Source: a virus (lineage: Duplodnaviria > Caudoviricetes). From it: a stretch of 64,000 nt of DNA. A program made the position numbers and the translations under genes. Location: positions 4,746 through 68,745 of the IMG/VR virus record IMGVR_UViG_3300023107_000002; one strand, given 5' to 3'. Each line of letters starts with the position of its first letter. The first letter of the stretch is position 1. The notes under the pieces are model-generated. The model saw nothing but the letters and a program-made list of their open reading frames with translations. It searched no databases and had not been told where the DNA came from. Positions 17,662 to 27,129 of the stretch are shown piece after piece.

Positions 17662-18291
17662 ATGAAAATGAGTGAAATTAATCTGGAAGCTAAGCCTAGA
17701 AATTTTTGGGTAAAGAATAAACAGCTTTTAAAAGAAGCGGTAGAGTCAGGTTTGCCATACAATGAGATAGCCGAAAAGTTTGGAACATCATTCGGGTCCG
17801 TCGCCAATGCGGTTTGGAGGCATAAGGTAATAACAAGAATCCCGCTTTATAAAACCGAAAAAGAACTTGTTACTAAACGAGTTTCTATTCATGAAATAAC
17901 TAACTGCTGGAACTGGCAAGGCGCTGTTAGTTCGAGCGGCTACGGTACGGTCAGGGTTGCTGGCGTTGCTTGGCAAGCGCACAGACTTTCTTTTTCGATA
18001 TTCAAAGGGGATGTCGGCGACCTCCATGTTTGCCATCATTGCGACAATAGAAAATGCGTAAATCCGAGTCACTTGTTTTTAGGCACACGCCAAGACAATA
18101 TGAAAGACATGGTGAAGAAAGGCCGCAATGTCGTAACAAATAGAAAATTCGCAGCTCATCAAATTGTGTCAATTCGCAAAGCAAAAGAAAATGAGGGAAT
18201 CAGCTATTGCGGACTTGGTAAGAGATACGGGGTATCGGCAGAGGTGATTAAATGTATTTGCCTTCGCACCACATACAGAGAAGTAGTTTAA
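17662..18291 (+). CDS. HNH homing endonuclease with N- and C-terminal HTH
   Basis: CWNWQGA..SSGYG...AHRLSF...VCHHCDNRKCVNPSHLFLGT..DNMKD. Confidence 0.92.
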   Translation: MKMSEINLEAKPRNFWVKNKQLLKEAVESGLPYNEIAEKFGTSFGSVANAVWRHKVITRIPLYKTEKELVTKRVSIHEITNCWNWQGAVSSSGYGTVRVAGVAWQAHRLSFSIFKGDVGDLHVCHHCDNRKCVNPSHLFLGTRQDNMKDMVKKGRNVVTNRKFAAHQIVSIRKAKENEGISYCGLGKRYGVSAEVIKCICLRTTYREVV

Positions 18292-18323
18292 CAATCAATG
18301 CTCGCCATCAAATCCCGCATCAA

Positions 18324-18548
18324 ATGACCATATCCATCATCACCCCAACTCACCGAATTATCTCGGCCACCGACATCGGAATAATCAAAGCCGCAATTTC
18401 TATCTCGAAAGCATGGAACTGCAAAGAATTGAATTACGTCCACATGGATAACGCAAACAGGAAAGCAAGCGTGGTGAAGTGGGAGAGGTGGAACGGAAGG
18501 ATTATCACAATAAAAAACCCTGCTGCAAACAGGGCTAGTAATAACTAA
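18324..18548 (+). CDS. Hypothetical protein
   Basis: Plausible start at 18324. Confidence 0.5.
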   Translation: MTISIITPTHRIISATDIGIIKAAISISKAWNCKELNYVHMDNANRKASVVKWERWNGRIITIKNPAANRASNN

Positions 18549-18571
18549 ACTAAAAAGTAAAATTAAGAATT

Positions 18572-19099
18572 ATGGACACACTCACAAAAACGCATTGGAA
18601 GAAGGAGTATAACTACGACTACATCGGTGCGTACAGTCTTCCAACGGATGGCAGCGATCTTATCCTGACGATCAAAGACACCAAGACAGAAAAGGTGATC
18701 GGTGGTGACGGAAAGAAACAGGATTGCTTCGTTGTGTATTTCGCGGAGAAAGATTCAAAGCCGATGATCCTCAACCGGACCAATGCGAAGACAATCCAGA
18801 AGGTTTACGGCACTCCATACATTGAAGATTGGGTTGGCAAAAAGATTCAACTCTATGCGACCAGTGTAAATGCGTTCGGCACTGTCACCGACGCACTCCG
18901 TATTCGCGATTTTAAGCCCGTTGTGAAGGAGATCGACATCAGCCAGGCAGTTGCAAAACTGAGCGCCGCAGCGAACCTGGAAGAGGTTGAGGCGGCCTTC
19001 AAATCACTGCCCAAAGCAGAGATGTACGACAAGCGCGTAATCGAGCTAACAAAAACTCTCAAAACCAAATTTTCCAGTCCTGAAACTGAATCGAAATGA
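18572..19099 (+). CDS. Conserved phage recombination-module protein (possible ssDNA-annealing partner)
   Basis: THWKK..NYDYIGA, KPMILNRTN and WVGKKIQLY motifs; coupled to YqaJ exonuclease. Confidence 0.65.
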   Translation: MDTLTKTHWKKEYNYDYIGAYSLPTDGSDLILTIKDTKTEKVIGGDGKKQDCFVVYFAEKDSKPMILNRTNAKTIQKVYGTPYIEDWVGKKIQLYATSVNAFGTVTDALRIRDFKPVVKEIDISQAVAKLSAAANLEEVEAAFKSLPKAEMYDKRVIELTKTLKTKFSSPETESK

Positions 19100-19764
19100 T
19101 CATACACAATTTCCTGCAACACTCCCCTGAATGGTACAAAATACGGGAAGCTAAAATAACCAGTACCAGGTTAAACAGTGTTATTGCTCCCAAAGGCGAC
19201 CGGGATAAAATGATCAACCGATTGATTGCGGAAGAAATCAGCGGAATGAGCGACGAATCAGATTATGTCAGCGATGATATGCAGCGTGGGACTGACATGG
19301 AACCTTTGGCAAGAAAGGATTACACCAGCGCAACCGGACGCGAAATAATGGAAGTCGGTTTTCTGCAGTCCGACCGCTGGCCTTTGCTCGGTGTATCCGC
19401 TGACGGGTTGGTCGGTTCAGACGGGGCGGTCGAAATAAAATGCCCTGACACGCATACGCACGTTGGTTATTTACGCAACGGTGTTGTTCCAAAAGAATAC
19501 AAGTCGCAGACCCTTTCTTACTTCCTTGTTCATGAAGATCTGGAATGGATCGACTTTATCAGTTACGATCCGAGGTTTATCATCAACCCATTATTCATCA
19601 AGCGAACACTTCGCGCTGATTGGTCTGAAGAAATTTCAATCGCATCGAAAGTGCTGGATAAGTTTTTCCAGGATTACGAAGCCGCAAAAGAAGCGCTGCT
19701 GTTCGGTAATGTATTTCTGGCCTCACCCATCCCCAACACGAATTCAATTTTAATATCAAAATAA
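19096..19764 (+). CDS. YqaJ/lambda-exonuclease family nuclease
   Basis: QHSPEWYKIR...ITST, MQRGTDMEP.AR, GVSADGLV, VEIKCP, WIDFISYDPR. Confidence 0.93.
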   Translation: MIIHNFLQHSPEWYKIREAKITSTRLNSVIAPKGDRDKMINRLIAEEISGMSDESDYVSDDMQRGTDMEPLARKDYTSATGREIMEVGFLQSDRWPLLGVSADGLVGSDGAVEIKCPDTHTHVGYLRNGVVPKEYKSQTLSYFLVHEDLEWIDFISYDPRFIINPLFIKRTLRADWSEEISIASKVLDKFFQDYEAAKEALLFGNVFLASPIPNTNSILISK

Positions 19765-19780
19765 ATCAAGCAAGCAATCG

Positions 19781-19963
19781 ATGAAAAAATTTACACTGGC
19801 TCTAATTATTCTCGGAATGGCATCATGTGATGATGGGGCAGAGAGCAACCCGGACGGCTTTACCTCCGCACCGCAACCACTCATGATGATGCAGCATCCT
19901 CCCGACGTGCCTATCATGCTTATTCCCGACTCCATGTGGGAATGGAAGAATTGGATCAGGTAA
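19781..19963 (+). CDS. Small lipoprotein
   Basis: MKKFTLALIILGMAS|C followed by acidic DD. Confidence 0.7.
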   Translation: MKKFTLALIILGMASCDDGAESNPDGFTSAPQPLMMMQHPPDVPIMLIPDSMWEWKNWIR

Positions 19964-20046
19964 TTAAATCACAAACGCCGCCTCGTGTAAGAGCGGGGCG
20001 GTTAAAAAAAGGAAGATGATCGTATCAACCTACTAAAAATCGAAGA

Positions 20047-20463
20047 ATGAGTACAACCCCGATCGAAAACGATCTGATAAATCAGTGGAGTATTACACTT
20101 GCCGAAAGGCTTGTTGATATAAGATTTATTGATTTAGATGAAATGAAAACGGCTATTTCTTCTTACATGAAATCGGCTCTTATGGATTGCTTGGCTGTTC
20201 AAATTTCAAATACTAGATCAACTCTCGATAGCCTTAAAATTCAATACAACACTCGCAAGGGCAATAGTAATGTTATCGCTGCAGAAATCGTAAAAACTAA
20301 GCAAAGGTTAAAGGCGGAGAATCAAATGTTCGCCCACTTAGATAGGGACCTTCAGGCAAAGGAATTGGTGAAATGGATGAGAAAAAACCATGAAGATTCA
20401 TTATTGAAGTTCTATAAAACGTTTGAAACTGTCCGAATAAAAATCGGAGATGAAAAACCCTAA
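20047..20463 (+). CDS. Hypothetical coiled-coil protein
   Basis: Operon ORF. Confidence 0.65.
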   Translation: MSTTPIENDLINQWSITLAERLVDIRFIDLDEMKTAISSYMKSALMDCLAVQISNTRSTLDSLKIQYNTRKGNSNVIAAEIVKTKQRLKAENQMFAHLDRDLQAKELVKWMRKNHEDSLLKFYKTFETVRIKIGDEKP

Positions 20464-20659
20464 AAAAACCAGCATGACGCACCCACCCACTAAAATCTAC
20501 CACACCGCGTCGCAAACAACCGGCGTGTATGTCAGGACGGAGAAGCACGCCAAGCTCGGCGAACAGTGGGTCTATCTCGGTTGGGCGGGTGAATATCACA
20601 TGACGGCGGCCAAAATCCAGGATTACATTAAATGCAAACTATTAACTGTTGAATTATGA
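20450..20659 (+). CDS. Hypothetical protein
   Basis: Overlapping operon ORF. Confidence 0.55.
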   Translation: MKNPKKTSMTHPPTKIYHTASQTTGVYVRTEKHAKLGEQWVYLGWAGEYHMTAAKIQDYIKCKLLTVEL

Positions 20660-21234
20660 CGGAAGAAGCATACCCTTTACAGTGGCCTACTGGTTATCCG
20701 AGAACGGAACGGCCTATTTCGGCTCAGTTCAATACCAGTTTCGCAGCAGCGAGAGACGCCGCCTTGAGAGAGGTTAGACTTCTCGGCGCAAAGAACGCTG
20801 TTATTTCCTCAAATGTCCCATTGAGAAGGGATGGACTGCCTTACGCAAACACGCAGAAGTTGAATGACAATGGGGTCGCCCTCTATTTCTATTACAACGA
20901 CAAGCAGTTGGTTTTAGCTTGCGATAAATGGAATGCTCCTGCTGATAATATGCAAGCTATCCGCAAAGCAGTAGAAGCCATTCGTGGCCTTGATCGCTGG
21001 GGAGTATCAGATATGCTCAATCGCGCCTTTACTGGGTTTACCGCGCTACCTAATGCAGCAACAAAAGAATGGTTTCAAATCCTCGGCGTTTCGAAATCTG
21101 CAACAAAATCAGAAATCACAACCGCTTATAAAATGCTCGCTCACATCATGCACCCTGACAAAGGCGGTTCGAGCGAATCCTTTCAGGAACTAAACGACGC
21201 TTACCAACAAGGGCTTAAACAATCTAACCCATGA
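20656..21234 (+). CDS. Phage J-domain (DnaJ-like) protein
   Basis: N-terminal YPLQWP.G.PRT...CDKW domain; C-terminal J-domain with HPD (MHPDKGGS). Confidence 0.92.
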   Translation: MTEEAYPLQWPTGYPRTERPISAQFNTSFAAARDAALREVRLLGAKNAVISSNVPLRRDGLPYANTQKLNDNGVALYFYYNDKQLVLACDKWNAPADNMQAIRKAVEAIRGLDRWGVSDMLNRAFTGFTALPNAATKEWFQILGVSKSATKSEITTAYKMLAHIMHPDKGGSSESFQELNDAYQQGLKQSNP

Positions 21235-21437
21235 CCATCAACGACCAACCAGTCACCGCAAGCCAGATCATTGTTCTGGCGAGATATCCGGAGGCGAAGT
21301 CAGACCTATTCGCAGATGGTGAGGGCGACTATCATGTTATCCTAAATGGCAATACCCTGGTCGGCTTCGGCTCCACCATCGCTCAAGCCTGGGAGAATGC
21401 GGCTGAGGTGATCTCTAAGGGAGTGAGGGAGAGTTGA
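21231..21437 (+). CDS. Hypothetical protein
   Basis: ATGA overlap. Confidence 0.6.
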   Translation: MTINDQPVTASQIIVLARYPEAKSDLFADGEGDYHVILNGNTLVGFGSTIAQAWENAAEVISKGVRES

Positions 21438-21525
21438 ATGGACGCCCACCTCACCGATACAAAAGTACAAAGCGCTCAAATACAACACAATACCCGAAAT
21501 AGGTACATTTTAAAAACGACACACA

Positions 21526-22923
21526 TTGTTCAATGCAGACTTTTTTCCTACGCCCTTCCCCGTCATCGAAACGATGCTGGACGGTGTAACCATTCAAAGC
21601 AAGGTGATATTGGAGCCATCAGCAGGAAAAGGAGATATTGTTGACTACCTGCAGAAACACGGCGCTGAAGTAATCGCTTGTGAAAAGAATCCGGACCTAC
21701 AGAAGATCGTTGCCAGTAAATGCAAATTACTGTCTTCCGACTTCCTCACTGTCGCCAGTTCCGACATCTCGCACATCGATCTGATTGTAATGAACCCACC
21801 TTTCAGCGAAGACGCAAAGCATATACAGCATGCGTTCAATATCGCTCCGTCTGGTTGCAAGATTATCAGCCTTTGTAATCTTTCAACACTGGTTAACACA
21901 TACAGCAGGCTTCGCGGCGAGATCGCGGCACTGATTCAGAACTACGGACGCTGGGAGAACCTGGGCGACTGTTTCACTCAGGCTGAACGCACCACTGGTG
22001 TTGAAGTCGGGTTGGTGATACTCAACAAACCGGGAGAAAGTTACCAGGCCGAATTTGAAGGATTCTTTACTGAAGAAGAACATGAAGAGCAAGCAAACGG
22101 AATCATGCCGTACAACTTCGTTCGTGACCTGGTTAACCGTTATGTAGGTGCTGTGAAGATTTACGACGAGCAGTTGGAAGCGGCGGTCCGCATGCAAGCA
22201 TTGACTGACGGCTTCTATTCATCTGAACTCGCCTTCCAATGTACGGAACAGGGCAAACCAAAACTTCGCAACGAATACAAAAAGGATCTGCAAAAAGCGG
22301 CATGGAAGTTCATTTTCAAAAAGATGAACATGGAGAAATACACGACGAAAGGTCTCAAGGATGACATCAACAAATTTGTCGAGCAGCAGCAAGGAATTCC
22401 CTTCACCATGCGGAATATTTACAAAATGGTTGAAGTGGTAATTGGTACGCAGGCTCAGCGGATGGACCGGGCCTTACTTGAAGTCTTCGACAAGCTCACC
22501 CAACACTATCACGACAACCGGTATAACGTCGAAGGCTGGAAGACGAATAGCCATTACCTGATGAATCAGAAATTTATTTTAGGATGGTGCGCTGAACCTA
22601 GTTACAGCGGCGGAATGACGGTCAAGTATGGCGGACATGGTGAGATCGTGGATGACTTTCAAAAGGCACTTTGCTACATCACCGGTACGGACTACTCGAC
22701 TGTTACCGACCTATGGCGGTTCTTCCATGATGACAAACATTCAATCTTTGAATGGAATACCTGGTACACCTGGGGATTTTTTGAACTGAAAGGGTTCAAG
22801 AAAGGAACCATGCACTTCAAATTCAAGTCAGAAGACGTCTGGGCGCAGTTCAATCAGCATATCGCGAGGATCAAGGGTTATCCATTGTTTGAAGGTGTTA
22901 AAAGAAAGGAGGCTGCTTTATGA
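21526..22923 (+). CDS. N6-adenine DNA methyltransferase with DUF4942-like C-terminus
   Basis: DFFPTP, LEPSAGKG (motif I), MNPPF (motif IV); C-terminal FKKGTMHFKF. Confidence 0.88.
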   Translation: MFNADFFPTPFPVIETMLDGVTIQSKVILEPSAGKGDIVDYLQKHGAEVIACEKNPDLQKIVASKCKLLSSDFLTVASSDISHIDLIVMNPPFSEDAKHIQHAFNIAPSGCKIISLCNLSTLVNTYSRLRGEIAALIQNYGRWENLGDCFTQAERTTGVEVGLVILNKPGESYQAEFEGFFTEEEHEEQANGIMPYNFVRDLVNRYVGAVKIYDEQLEAAVRMQALTDGFYSSELAFQCTEQGKPKLRNEYKKDLQKAAWKFIFKKMNMEKYTTKGLKDDINKFVEQQQGIPFTMRNIYKMVEVVIGTQAQRMDRALLEVFDKLTQHYHDNRYNVEGWKTNSHYLMNQKFILGWCAEPSYSGGMTVKYGGHGEIVDDFQKALCYITGTDYSTVTDLWRFFHDDKHSIFEWNTWYTWGFFELKGFKKGTMHFKFKSEDVWAQFNQHIARIKGYPLFEGVKRKEAAL

Positions 22924-23135
22924 CAACATCACAGAATCAACGGATCGTGGATTATTTGAGGGGTGGTCGAAAAATTACCAGCCTCGACGCATGGATTCAA
23001 TTCGGTTGCTCAGCACTGCATAGCCGTGCTGCAGATATCCGCAAAATGGGTTTACCGATTAAAGGAACCTGGATAACAGTTGATACGGCGTACGGGAAGA
23101 AACGGGTTATGGAGTATTCGATGGAGGTTACTTAG
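22920..23135 (+). CDS. Phage winged-HTH protein (HTH_39-like)
   Basis: QNQRIVDYLRGGRKITSLDAW..FGCSALHSRAADIRKMG. Confidence 0.85.
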   Translation: MTTSQNQRIVDYLRGGRKITSLDAWIQFGCSALHSRAADIRKMGLPIKGTWITVDTAYGKKRVMEYSMEVT

Positions 23136-23325
23136 TGGGTTTCTTTGCGGCGGGTTTGGGTTTCTTTTCCGCTATAACAGGTAGCACCAACTTTTTACTA
23201 TCAAAGTCTTGCTGAACAAGGATTTCAAGATAGTTAGCCTGGGAACGTTTATCAAGATCAGATAGCATTTTCAACTGTGCTTTCGTCGTTTCAGACAGGT
23301 AAAATGAAGTTGAAGATTTAGTCAT
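23128..23325 (-). CDS. Ribbon-helix-helix (Arc/CopG-like) regulator
   Basis: MTKSSTSFYLSETTKAQLKMLSDLDKRSQANYLEILVQQD; start moved to ATG 23325. Confidence 0.75.
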   Translation of the reverse strand: MTKSSTSFYLSETTKAQLKMLSDLDKRSQANYLEILVQQDFDSKKLVLPVIAEKKPKPAAKKPTK

Positions 23326-23370
23326 GATAATTTGATTAATAACGGAAACTCCGCTAACTTTACGGTATTG

Positions 23371-23387
23371 CAAAGATAACGATTATC
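23371..23387 (-). promoter_or_regulatory. Bacteroidota -7 element TATCTTTG overlapped by inverted repeat GATAA-CGA-TTATC
   Basis: Plus-strand caaagata at 23371-23378 is a perfect TAnnTTTG on minus; palindrome at 23375-23387. Confidence 0.6.
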
Positions 23388-23541
23388 GGCGTCATTTCAA
23401 ATGCCCGGTTCGTGTAGTTCTTTTTTTATCTGTTTCGGTTTTGACGCTTGGTTACACTTTGATTTTTGTAAAGGTGCAAAACGTTCAGATACAATCAAAT
23501 ACCACAATGTGGTTAGTTCTTTAATGTGAAAACTGAATACT

Positions 23542-24006
23542 ATGAAACAATATCAATCTGATTACGCTCAAAAACTTAAAGACCCACGCTGGCAAAGGAA
23601 GAGACTGGAAATTCTTAACCGGGATTTTTTCGCCTGCATGAGGTGTTTCAGCGAAACAAAAACTTTACACGTTCATCACAGGCTGTATAACAAAAGCGCA
23701 GAGCCGTGGGATTATGATAATGATGTGCTTGTAACACTATGTGAAGATTGCCACCAAGAGGAAGGTGAAAAAATGGCATTGTCGATAGAGCGACTTGCCA
23801 GGGAGTTTAAGCGCCTGTTTTTCTCTGAAGAAATAGACATGGTCACGGAAGGTTTGAAGCAGTACCAACATGTTCATTTAACCAAGATTTCAGCCGAGGT
23901 GGTGTCTTCTCTTTTTTCAAAAAGGGAATACGCAGAAAAAGAACTTAAGGCGACTCTATGGTACGAAGGCAAAGACAAACTTCATCAAATGCCTGACCCA
24001 TTTTAA
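23542..24006 (+). CDS. HNH-family nuclease-like protein
   Basis: DPRWQRKRLEILNRD..C..C...LHVHH...LVTLCEDCH. Confidence 0.85.
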   Translation: MKQYQSDYAQKLKDPRWQRKRLEILNRDFFACMRCFSETKTLHVHHRLYNKSAEPWDYDNDVLVTLCEDCHQEEGEKMALSIERLAREFKRLFFSEEIDMVTEGLKQYQHVHLTKISAEVVSSLFSKREYAEKELKATLWYEGKDKLHQMPDPF

Positions 24007-24011
24007 TAATC

Positions 24012-24671
24012 ATGGCAAAACGTCTATCAGATACCGACAAATGGAAGAAGCCATTTTTCAGGGGATTGCCGAGCGAATATAAAATGCTCTGGTTGTATCT
24101 CCTGGACGATTGCGACCATGCAGGGATTTGGCACGTTGACACCGAAGTGGCGGAAATAAGATTGGGGATCAAATTGTCACTCCAAAAAGCACAGGGGTTT
24201 TTCAAAGAAAAGATTGTTGTGTTTGACAATGGAACCAAATGGTTCATCCCGGATTTTATTCAGTTCCAATATGGTGATTTTAACGAGACAAATAAGATGT
24301 ACAAATCAATTTTACCAGTTCTTAAAAGATACGATCTGATCCCCCATTTATCCCCCATTTATGGGGCTAAGGTAATGGTAAAGGAAAAGGTATTAATTAC
24401 TAGTAGTATAATAACAGAAATGGAGGAAAAAGAATTTCTTACAAATCAGGCATGGAAAGAACAGTTCTGCATGGCGAAAAATATCAGCATGAAAGATCTG
24501 GAAACGTTTCAAAAGAAGTTCGTTGCTGATGTGAAGTTGAAGAACGAACCTATCGACAGCCTCAAGCGGTATTTCACCAACTGGTACAACAAGGTTCAAC
24601 CAAAGGCAGGACAACCCGAATTTACCCAAATAAGTGAGCACGAGAAAAAATTGAGGGCTGTAGGATTATGA
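24012..24671 (+). CDS. Replication initiator-like protein
   Basis: MAKRLSDTDKWKKPFF...LWLYLLDDCDHAGIW; precedes primase-helicase. Confidence 0.7.
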   Translation: MAKRLSDTDKWKKPFFRGLPSEYKMLWLYLLDDCDHAGIWHVDTEVAEIRLGIKLSLQKAQGFFKEKIVVFDNGTKWFIPDFIQFQYGDFNETNKMYKSILPVLKRYDLIPHLSPIYGAKVMVKEKVLITSSIITEMEEKEFLTNQAWKEQFCMAKNISMKDLETFQKKFVADVKLKNEPIDSLKRYFTNWYNKVQPKAGQPEFTQISEHEKKLRAVGL

Positions 24672-26362
24672 GTAACGCAGAACTTTTAATCGACAAAGGA
24701 ATAGACCTGAGAAAGCACACCAGCGGCAGCATTAAAACGCTTTGCCCGGAGTGTGCAGAGACCCGGAAGCATAAGAAAGATCCATCACTCAGCGTAGACA
24801 TTGACGAGGGGATGTACAACTGCCACAACTGCGGATGGAAAGGTAGAGTCTTTGAAAAGAAGGTCAAGGAATACGTGAAGCCATTGCCCCGGCTGGAAAA
24901 GTTAGGCAAGACCGCTTTGAATTATTTTGAAGAACATCGGAAGATTTCAAATAACACGCTTCTCCGCATGAACGTGACAGAGGCAAATGAGTGGATGCCT
25001 CAAACTGAATCAGAAGTGCCCTGTATTTGCTTCAACTACTACCGTGGTGAGGATTTGGTCAACATAAAATTTAGAGGTCCTAAAAAGTCCTTTAAAATGG
25101 CAAAAGACGCTGAGTTGATTTTTTACAACCTCAACGCGATTGCCGATATCGACGAATGCATAATTGTCGAAGGCGAGATTGATTGCCTGAGTTTGCACGA
25201 GGTCGGGATATTTAACAGCGTATCAGTTCCAAACGGCGCAAGCAAAGGGAGCCAGAAACTTGAATACCTGGATAACTGCTGGGATGCTTTCAAAGACATG
25301 AAGAAAGTTGTTCTCATGGTTGATCACGACGAAGCAGGGTATGCACTCCGGGAGGAACTGGCAAGAAGGCTCGGTAAAGACATCTGCTACAAAGTGACGA
25401 TGCCTGAAGGATGTAAGGATGCAAACGAGATCCTTGTCAAATACGGCAAAGATGTTTTACTGGAAACGATAGGAACGGCTTACCAGTGGCCTATCGAGGG
25501 AGTCTTCACTATGGAAGATATGATCGAGGACGTTTACAACCTATACGACAACGGGTATCCACAAGGCTGCAAGATCAAAAGTCCGGAGTTTGATAAACTG
25601 GTATCATTCGTTCCCGGCGAAATGACCATTGTAACCGGGATACCTGGCAGCGGGAAAAGCGAATTCATGGATCTTGTTATGTGCTCACTTGCAAAACATC
25701 ACAATTGGTCATGGGCGGTCTGCAGCTTCGAAAATCAGCCATCATCTCAGCACGTTACGAAGTTGCTGGAAAAGATTACCGGCAAAGCATTCGGTTTCCG
25801 GGATAATCCATCATTCAGGATGAATGTCGATGAAAGAGATTACGGTATTTACGTGGTTGACAAGTTTTTTCACTTCATCAACATCAGCCAGATCGACGTA
25901 ACGCTGCCTGGTATTCTCGAAAAGACAAAGGAACTGGTCGTTCGTAAAGGCGTAAAAGGGTTAATGATCGATCCATGGAACTACATCGAACACAAAATTC
26001 CGAAAGGCTATACCGAAACGCAGTACATCAGCGAAAGCCTTACCCTGCTGAAAACGTTCGCATTGAAAAACGGAATTCACGTTATCCTGATTGCTCACCC
26101 GACTAAAGTTCCAAAGGACAGGCAGACAGGCAAATCAGAAGTGCCAACGCTTTATAGCATTGCAGGCTCAGCGCACTTCTTCAATAAGACCGATAACGGC
26201 ATAACGGTCTACCGGGATTACGAAAAGAAACTGGTTGACGTGTACGTGCAGAAGGTTCGGTCATCCTGGCTCGGCCATACCGGATTTGCAACATTCGAAT
26301 ACGACACCATGATTCGTCAATACAAACCTGTGGTTCCGGGATTTGAACCGTTCGATAATTAA
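24668..26362 (+). CDS. Primase-helicase (T7 gp4/Twinkle-like)
   Basis: Zn finger CPEC..CHNC; TOPRIM IVEGEIDC..MVDHDEAG..KDANE; Walker A TGIPGSGKS; IDPWN; IAHPTK. Confidence 0.95.
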   Translation: MSNAELLIDKGIDLRKHTSGSIKTLCPECAETRKHKKDPSLSVDIDEGMYNCHNCGWKGRVFEKKVKEYVKPLPRLEKLGKTALNYFEEHRKISNNTLLRMNVTEANEWMPQTESEVPCICFNYYRGEDLVNIKFRGPKKSFKMAKDAELIFYNLNAIADIDECIIVEGEIDCLSLHEVGIFNSVSVPNGASKGSQKLEYLDNCWDAFKDMKKVVLMVDHDEAGYALREELARRLGKDICYKVTMPEGCKDANEILVKYGKDVLLETIGTAYQWPIEGVFTMEDMIEDVYNLYDNGYPQGCKIKSPEFDKLVSFVPGEMTIVTGIPGSGKSEFMDLVMCSLAKHHNWSWAVCSFENQPSSQHVTKLLEKITGKAFGFRDNPSFRMNVDERDYGIYVVDKFFHFINISQIDVTLPGILEKTKELVVRKGVKGLMIDPWNYIEHKIPKGYTETQYISESLTLLKTFALKNGIHVILIAHPTKVPKDRQTGKSEVPTLYSIAGSAHFFNKTDNGITVYRDYEKKLVDVYVQKVRSSWLGHTGFATFEYDTMIRQYKPVVPGFEPFDN

Positions 26363-26370
26363 ACTAACCC

Positions 26371-26724
26371 ATGAAACAAATCATCAACGGCATCTGCCCA
26401 TCGAAATCAAATTGCTATCGCGTCAACCCTCACACGAAAGGGTTATTCAAAACGAAAGCTCTAACCGAATACGAGAAGTCTTTCTACCTGCAGTGCAATC
26501 ACTACCGGAACCAGAACATCGAAGGGTTATTTGAGCTGCACGTTGACGTGTACTACCCGAATCAACGAGCCGACCTGGATAACGCAATGAAGATTATACT
26601 CGACTCACTGCAAGCCTGCAAAGCAATTCCGAACGATAACAAGTGCGTCAAGATCGTCGCGCAAAAGTTTCTCGACAAAGACAAACCAAGAATCGAATTC
26701 ACAATTAACCAAGTAAATCAATAA
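26371..26724 (+). CDS. rusA: RusA-like Holliday junction resolvase
   Basis: PSKSN, RADLDNAMKIILDSLQ...IPND, PRIEF. Confidence 0.9.
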   Translation: MKQIINGICPSKSNCYRVNPHTKGLFKTKALTEYEKSFYLQCNHYRNQNIEGLFELHVDVYYPNQRADLDNAMKIILDSLQACKAIPNDNKCVKIVAQKFLDKDKPRIEFTINQVNQ

Positions 26725-26726
26725 AA

Positions 26727-27071
26727 ATGGCACTACAAGTAAAGGGAACAGTTGACACGGTATTCCCGACCGAAACGGTAGGAACCGGATCATTCCAGAA
26801 ACGCCCGTTCTGGCTGACTATCGAAGAGGACACGAAATATCCTCAGAAGATCCAGCTCGAATTCACCCAGGCAAAATGCGTCGAGCTGGACAAAATCAAA
26901 CCAGGAATGAAGGTCGAAGTCGATTTCAATATCCGCGGAAACGAGTATAAGGGCAAAGTGTACGTCAACCTGCAGGCATGGAAGATCGCTGTGATCGGTG
27001 GATCTGCATCGCAAAAAACTGAACTGGTCGATGAGATTAATAACGATTCAAGCGAGAGTTTGCCCTTCTAA
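26727..27071 (+). CDS. DUF3127 OB-fold protein (SSB-like)
   Basis: FQKRPFWL...YPQKIQLEFTQ...VEVDFNIRGNEY...VNLQAWKI; acidic tail ending LPF. Confidence 0.9.
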   Translation: MALQVKGTVDTVFPTETVGTGSFQKRPFWLTIEEDTKYPQKIQLEFTQAKCVELDKIKPGMKVEVDFNIRGNEYKGKVYVNLQAWKIAVIGGSASQKTELVDEINNDSSESLPF

Positions 27072-27129
27072 AATCTTCAATACCCCCTGCATCAACCCGG
27101 TGCAGGGACAAAACGAAAAAAGAGAAAAT

